From contig JBHGNT010000004.1 in the NCBI GenBank assembly GCA_043228905.1, positions 3,782,001 through 3,846,000 on the forward strand: 64,000 bases of DNA, given 5' to 3'. Shown here piece by piece: positions 57,290 to 64,000 of the stretch (position 1 is the stretch's first letter; every line of letters starts with the position of its first letter). Origin of the DNA: Azolla caroliniana (lineage: Eukaryota > Plantae > Polypodiophyta). The notes beneath the pieces were generated by a model that ran no database searches, was not told the DNA's origin, and saw only the letters and a program-made list of their open reading frames with translations. Made by a program: the position numbers and the translations under genes.

Positions 57290-57750
57290 CAGTAAAAAAA
57301 GTAAGGGAGGGAGGGAGGGGGGGGGGGGGGGGGGGAGGCAGGAAGAGCAACACAGCCAAAGAAGAACAGTGAGCGATGAAGGCTCAGATCAGAGAAACGA
57401 GAGGAGAGAGGAGAAGAAGAAGAAGAAGAAGAAGAAGAAACGAAAGAGATCAGAAAGAGGTGGAAAGAGCGGCAGAGAATGCAGGGTAAGTAAGCGATGA
57501 AGAGCGAAGAAGATGAAGGTAGGGAAGATAATGGGAGATTTGGTAGAGATGATGATGATGATGGAGGAGATGTAAGAGATGGTGGCGATGGCGATGGCGA
57601 TGGCGATGGCGATGGTGATGGAAGGAGAGGCAAGAAGAAATCAGAGAGACTGAGGAGATGGAGGAGGAGGAGAAAGGAGAAGAAGGAGAAGCTGGCTATG
57701 GTGCATGGAGGTGCAGGCAGGCAAAGGCAGACATACGCAGACAGAAATAC

Positions 57751-57772
57751 AGAGAGAGAGTAGAGAGAGAGT

Positions 57773-57813
<41 letters not shown>

Positions 57814-57862
57814 TAGAGAGAGAGTAGAGAGAGAGAGACCTTCTTCTTCTTCTTCTTCTTCT
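57751..57862. repeat. Compound (AG)n/(AGAGAGAGT) and (CTT)n microsatellites near the invertase 5' end
   Basis: Seen directly in the sequence. Confidence 0.9.
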
Positions 57863-58490
57863 GTTTTATTAGTCTACATATTATTGTTATAACTTATAGC
57901 TTATATTTGTTAAAATTGTTAAGTGTTCTTTTTAGGGGTTCCTTTTTTTCTCTAATTATTTTCTTGTCCTCTTAAAAAATAAAATAAAAAATCGTGTGAG
58001 AGAGAGAGTAGGTGCTGCTGCCCTAGGTAGCTAGCTACCTCTAGCTAATTAAGCGGTTGATCAAGTAATTAGCCTGTGGATTAAGTAAGTAGTGGCTTCG
58101 CTTACGCAGCTCACCTCTCTAACTAGAACTCCATATGGAGAGCTTTGCGAGAGTCGTCACGAATTGCGGCCAATTTCCATAACCGAATCGCCCGGTCTGT
58201 CCGCCTGGTTCCCCTGCCTGCCTCGCTTTTTGTCTTGTTTGGCTCTTTGTGGTTGCCCGTGTTTATGTTGCCTCCGAAGTTTCGGCCAGTTGTCATGCCC
58301 GCGCATCGTATATATGTATCGTCTGCCCACGATCCTCTCCCCCAAACCAAATAAAAATAAAAGTTTTCGCTTCCCCTTCACCCCCATCTCAATGTGGTCA
58401 AGGTACGCCTGTTTGGCTTGGCACAAGTCACCCATCTCATCAAATGCATCATCCCTTGTGTGTCCATGTGTGTGTATGTGTTGGGGCTGG

Positions 58491-58527
<37 letters not shown>

Positions 58528-58655
58528 ACCACATGCCAATCTACTACTTGGGTTGCATGCATGCTCTCGGGTCACTTGAGCAACATGACTTCACATTGGA
58601 CGCATGATTGCATCTACTTGCATAGTTCTTATATTAAGTAGGGATCAATGGGGCC

Positions 58656-58769
58656 GGTATGGGCTTTCTTTCTCTTTGGGCAACAAAGGAAGATCTTGAG
58701 GGGTCCAACACTGGTATGGGCTTTCTTTCTCTTTGGGCAACAAAGGAAGATCTTGAGGGGTCCAACACT
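58656..58769. repeat. 57-bp perfect tandem duplication
   Basis: ggtatgggctttctttctctttgggcaacaaaggaagatcttgaggggtccaacact x2. Confidence 0.92.
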
Positions 58770-61700
58770 GTATAGTATGCTGACATGACAATGATTTTCA
58801 TAAATCCTTGATTTGGACACACGAATTAGATGTGGGTTTTCATAAATCCTGAAGTCTTTGCGCAAATGCATCAGATGTAGGTTGGAAGAGGAGATGTCTT
58901 TTTAAACTTTTGCATGGTCATCCATTAGTGAGGATTATAGCTACAAAGAGCGGACTATGGTTCATCACAAACAAAACGAATAAATAAAAAAGTGGCTTGC
59001 ATTGATGCAAAGTGATTTAAACAATAGTAAAGCAACAATAAATGGTTTGTGCATGACTTGTCTCATGCTCTCTTTTGAGTTCCTTGAAAAGCATAAAGTA
59101 CAAGGATCTTGGTGAATATCAAGTGCTACCCAAAACCCCCACAAAAATCCTGACTTAAGCTTGTCGTCTTTTGTTGAACCAAAGCTTAACAGAGTATTCT
59201 TGTGTCCTTTATCCAAGACACATATTTTCTTGTTTAACTATATCCTTCAAGGACATATGTTAAGTACTCAGAGAGCATTGCACATAACAAAATCTAAGCA
59301 ATGATGGCATTACAAGACATTCCTTAAGTGAATAGTTGGACATGTATTTATAGTTCATCATTAACTAAAACCCCTTTTAAAATCCTTAGACTTTTTGCTT
59401 TTCTGATGTCTACTATGAGCATTGAGGATCATGGTCCACGTTGTTGTCCTTTTGCCTTGAAATTGTGCAATACAACAACATTGAAAATAAAATCTTATTT
59501 CCAAGGAGACAAAGAAGAAGAAGAAGAGTATGAATGTCTATGAAAGGACCAATATGGCCTACAAGATCAAACCAACACGTTTCATATACATACTCACATA
59601 TCATAATTTTAAACGAAGAATACATGTGGTAATTATTGAGTAACCACAAATTGTACGAACCATTGTTCCCCCTCTCCTCCCCTTTTTCTGTATTTCTATG
59701 AGATTCCACTCTGACAACTTACGTGCATGGACCCTGTGAGAAAACAAATGTGTGGTGCATATTTATTTTCATTGTATATTTAATAGACACGTGGGGTATC
59801 AGCTTTATTCATTGTTTTGTACAAGTAAAAAGTAAGAGTGAATGAGATGGCAAAACTACCTCAAGATTGATGATCATGAGGCAAGCAAGAATCACAAAAG
59901 GCAAGAATAGTATAGTGTTTTATATAAAAAGCTTGGGTGTATCCTAATCAAATGATGCAAGCCTTGCATTGCACACCGTGGATGGATTTTTGTTCTTCGT
60001 TTTAGTTATCCGAAGTATATACCACATAACACCCTTTGATTCCATTGTTTCCTCTCATAGTTTTTGATCTCACATCTAAAGTTGCTAACACTCTTTGTAG
60101 CCCTATGATAAAGTAGTTTGGAAAACCATCACTTCTTGTTATTGTTCCTCGCTCTTTGATATCACAAGTGAGTCAAAATCATTGTCAACCAACAAGCTAG
60201 ACCAAAACCTTGAAGTGTTTCAATTAAATATCTTGAATTCTTGTGTTGGTTGAGATACTTAAAATGTTAGCTACATATAGATGCATGCCCTATTATTATC
60301 GATATTTTGTCTTGTTGAACATGATATAATAGCTAGCTTTTCACTTTTGACGGCCATTGTCCCCTCTCTGGCCTTACTTTTACTATGGATCATTTTGCAA
60401 AAGATAGTGAAAAAATTCACCAAGGCAATGAGAAAATAGTGCATCATAAAACTTGCAAGTAGACAAGATGCTTCTATTTTTCATAAGATCTAAGAAAAAG
60501 TATTGTAAGCTTAGTTGTCTAACTTTTCCATACTTAATTGCTTAGAGATAGGTTTGCAACTTGACATATGTATACGAATCAATATCATGTTACAAGGATG
60601 TTTCGGTCATCACTTAATTAACATAGATGATGCTTACCTTAGCATGGATCAAATAGTTTACCTCACTATTGTTAAGAAAATAGAAGAAGAATTGCCTTTA
60701 CAATTAAGATAATTGCTTTATTTATGTTAAGAAAATAAGCAAAGATTTCTTTTTGTCAAGGTTCTCACATTTCTAGCAAAACTAAAAGACTCAAGGTTCA
60801 AATATTGAGGAAAATGAATAATGATTCTCAACCTACCAAAAGATTCCATGTCATAATGAAGGATTTTGAATATAAACATGCAATGATCTTTTGAATATTT
60901 GCATCTCAAATTTAGCTTCTAAAATGAAACCTGGTCTGCATGGATATGCTAATATAAAAATCCCATTAAAGTTGCACACAAGATTGTCCTGAGTACCATA
61001 TATCAGATGCTTTTGAAAGGAAATATGTGCGCAAAACTTTTGCAATTCTATGATCTTAGACAACTGAAGTTACGAATACATTATTACCTCCACCACAATC
61101 TATTGTGACTGAAGCTACTAATTTTGTGGATGGATCGATATTGGACTAGCTCCACCACCACAATATACCATAATCTTTGTGCATTAGACCAAAAACTTCA
61201 CAAGAAAAGCTTGTAACAAATAACCACTTTAGCTTATATTATAAATGCAGCTAAAATACTATGCACGTACATTTTTATTTGTTGCTCAAGATTACCAGGT
61301 TAACTAAGTTCACACACCATAATATGCCAACTAGGAACCAAAGCACTACCATTAATTCCTAATCTGCACTTCATTACGTAACCTCCTAACTATCAGCTTT
61401 TAAAATAATTGACCATGTTCTACAAAAGAATAATACTCTTGACATCTCCACTTGATCCCATTTCTACCCTTCATTCTAAGAAGGAACAAATGTCTATATC
61501 ATAAACCACGTTTCACAAATAATCACAAATATTAATCAGTATAAGTTACCACATTGAAGCATGACTCTTATCAGACACACTGATGACGAATGTGTGATTT
61601 CTATCCATCAATTAAAACAGTTATTCTTCAATTCACAACATCAAATTAGTAGAAAATGTCAAAATTTTCTTTCGCATGATCTTGGACAACATAAAAACTG

Positions 61701-61853
61701 TCCTTTTAATTAGAACTTTTTTATCGTTCGTGACATCTCCATCCTATAAGCTAGATCCTTCCATTTACATTCATTGGAAGCAACAATAAACATTTTTTGC
61801 TTATTAAAAAAGAATATATATATATATACAAAAATTTCTACACAAAAGGCATA

Positions 61854-62753
61854 TCACTGCTTTGCAAAGAGAATAATACAAGAATAAGGTGCTACTTTGT
61901 ATGTATTCCCAAGTAACTGAACACCTTCATCGATAAAATCACTTGGAGATTGACAATTTGTATCCACCTGCACATCATTTGAGATATAACAACCTTTCTA
62001 AGGATTTAGACACCACCTTTACCTTACAGATGTCTAATCAATGATGTATCAATTGTACAATAAACAAATCATATGGATGCCACATGTAGTGGTAACACAC
62101 TTATTATCACTATCTTAACTCGAAGATGTTACATCTCCCACATTTTCGTGTTGAATCTCCAAAGAAAAATGCACAAATAATATCAGCTATCATACTAAAA
62201 CAAGTTCACACACAAACATTTAATTATACTTACGCATGGTCACAAACTTAACATTCTTGCAGATGCACAGATAAATCCAGGATGAAGATTCAATAGCTAA
62301 TGGATGAGACAGAGTTTTGCTGTCAGTACTCATTGGTCTAATCCTTATTTTATTAAACCACAGCACATCTTTGCTACAATGGATCCTCCCTCAATCCTGA
62401 TGGAAAGGCAATAAATAGTTCAAGGAAAGATGGGGGAACATAAAAACCTTGCTACAAAACGAGGATTGCAAAAACAGTGGGATACCCATACAATATCTAC
62501 TTGGTAAAACCCTCATTATGAATCTACTGGGTTACTAGTTTAATTGCCTAAACATCTACTTGGTAAAACCATCTTTGTGAATTTCTAGGAAACTTATACG
62601 CTACATTAATTATATGAAAGATGTTTCCAAAAACAACATACCACACGATACCAATATGTTCCAGTTGGAGGAGCAGGTATGCTGATATCAACCAGGTAGC
62701 TATGCGCATTAAATGCAGTATAAATGTCTCCTAGATTTTCCTTTGAATGTAGC
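61854..62753 (-). CDS. ISA3: Isoamylase 3 (starch debranching enzyme), last two exons (62753-62642, 61967-61854); upstream exons not found, probably beyond the window end
   Basis: LHSKENLGDIYTAFNAHSYLVDISIPAPPTGTYWYRV|VDTNCQSPSDFIDEGVQLLGNTYKVAPYSCIILFAKQ* matches the ISA3 C-terminus (DIYxAFNAH..PP.G..W.RV.DTN..SP.DF..APxS). GT-AG junctions in phase. Confidence 0.88.
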
Positions 62754-64000
62754 CTGCAGCATAAGTTCAATTCATATAGATTTACTGCCATGTTGCATGT
62801 TTATTTTAGAACAATTCTCAGGACGATACAATTATTCTTGATCCATGCTATGATACAATCATAATTTATCCATGCTACAGACAGAATTACTCTGGTTTGA
62901 CCTAATGAACGTAGAAATAAATCAATTCAACGGACAACATTTTCAATTTCCAGAACACCAAAATACCCCACCACTCCACAGAAACTTTATACCTTCAACC
63001 ATATTCAGCCTTTTATAATATCTTAACAAGAAGAAATTGATCTGAGCAACTCCAAGTAACCCAAAGTTCTTGCTGGAAATGGAAATGAGCAAAATCCTTC
63101 TAAGCCATAAATCACATGGCATGCTGTAGCAACCCCCCTATCTGACTTGTGGTTGACCAAATTCCACAAAGACAATATATACCATATGCTAGACAAAGAG
63201 CAAAACTCTGCTTTCCATGTCCATGAAGATCATATGCTAGACAAAAAATAAACCTCTGCTCACCTCCTGAACCTTACAAAAATGGGTAAATCGTGAAAAC
63301 AATTCATCATCACACCAAAGCGCACAATGATTATTTCTCCCTAAACTTTGGATATGAGAGAAACCCAAAAACAGTTTCCATAGCTTCAGCAACAGTACTG
63401 TAACTTATACCACAAATTTATGTGATACTGAGTCTATAATTTCGAACACTTATGTCTAACATTAAATAAAAACCCATGAATCCAAATGGCATTGGATTCT
63501 TCTCCAATGCACTTGCAAAACAGAAAGCAAAATAATAAAAGAGAACCATTCACAGAAAAGAAAGAGACGCAATGATAAGTTGTTGAAAGCATTGTTCAAA
63601 TGAATTGGTCATTTTTGTATTAGGAGAACAGTAATTGATCCATAGAGATATAAAACTCTAATATTTTGGAGGGATACATGTTCCTGGCCTTGGGAGACAT
63701 AGTTGCACAAGTTAAATACAGAAATGGATTTATAGAGGCAATTGATTGGGTATGGACACATAATAGGGATGCATGTAGAGTGTAGATTCTGCAAAAGGGC
63801 GAGATTGATGTTAATAGAAAAAAATGGCGATCAGAACTACACATGCAAGAGAGAGCACTATCACAGCAGTCACCCTTAGGAATACGTCAAATGATGGGCC
63901 TCATCCTAAAGATCAGTATGCATATAGTGATGCAAACTGCTGTGATTATGATAGAGGAGTATTTGGTCATCACAACATTGACGGTTGGATTTCACATATC

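Noticed and set aside
58092-58607. 171-aa Cys-rich ORF upstream of the invertase
   Set aside because: GTG start, includes a (GT)n tract, has no recognisable motif; likely promoter sequence.
62345-62397. Candidate extra ISA3 exon (IEGGSIVAKMCCGLIK*)
   Set aside because: Wrong phase for the upstream donor; the true terminal exon is 61967-61854.

Overview
Eukaryotic land-plant genomic DNA with GT-AG introns, abundant (AG)n/(TA)n microsatellites and degenerate TEs; a non-flowering plant such as a fern is my inference. Six spliced genes were reconstructed by hand, and the exon lengths of the five complete ones sum to whole codons: SNAPIN/BLOC-1 subunit (-), a SARAF/TMEM66 homologue with almost no cytosolic tail (-), Exo70A (+, 12 exons), a 12-oxophytodienoate reductase/OYE (+), a cytosolic alkaline/neutral invertase (-) and the last two exons of isoamylase 3 (-). 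The most novel signal is a dispersed family of intronless, secreted His/Gly/Asp-rich proteins that I cannot assign to a known family. Two copies are intact (10070-10960 +, 34857-35321 -) and one is decayed (~51570-51870 -). The intact copies share a conserved ~60-aa Pro/Val core (SPPPVHVR(I/V)PGGYID(I/V)PG...) and a subtilase-like RxLx motif after the signal peptide; copy 1 carries four ~44-aa repeat modules. The intergenic space holds L1/Tx1-like LINEs (two internally deleted, some abutting (AG)n), hAT-type MITEs with 8-bp TSDs, a CACTA transposase remnant, clustered tRNA-derived elements and several short tandem duplications. All family assignments come from recognised motifs; no database searches were run.
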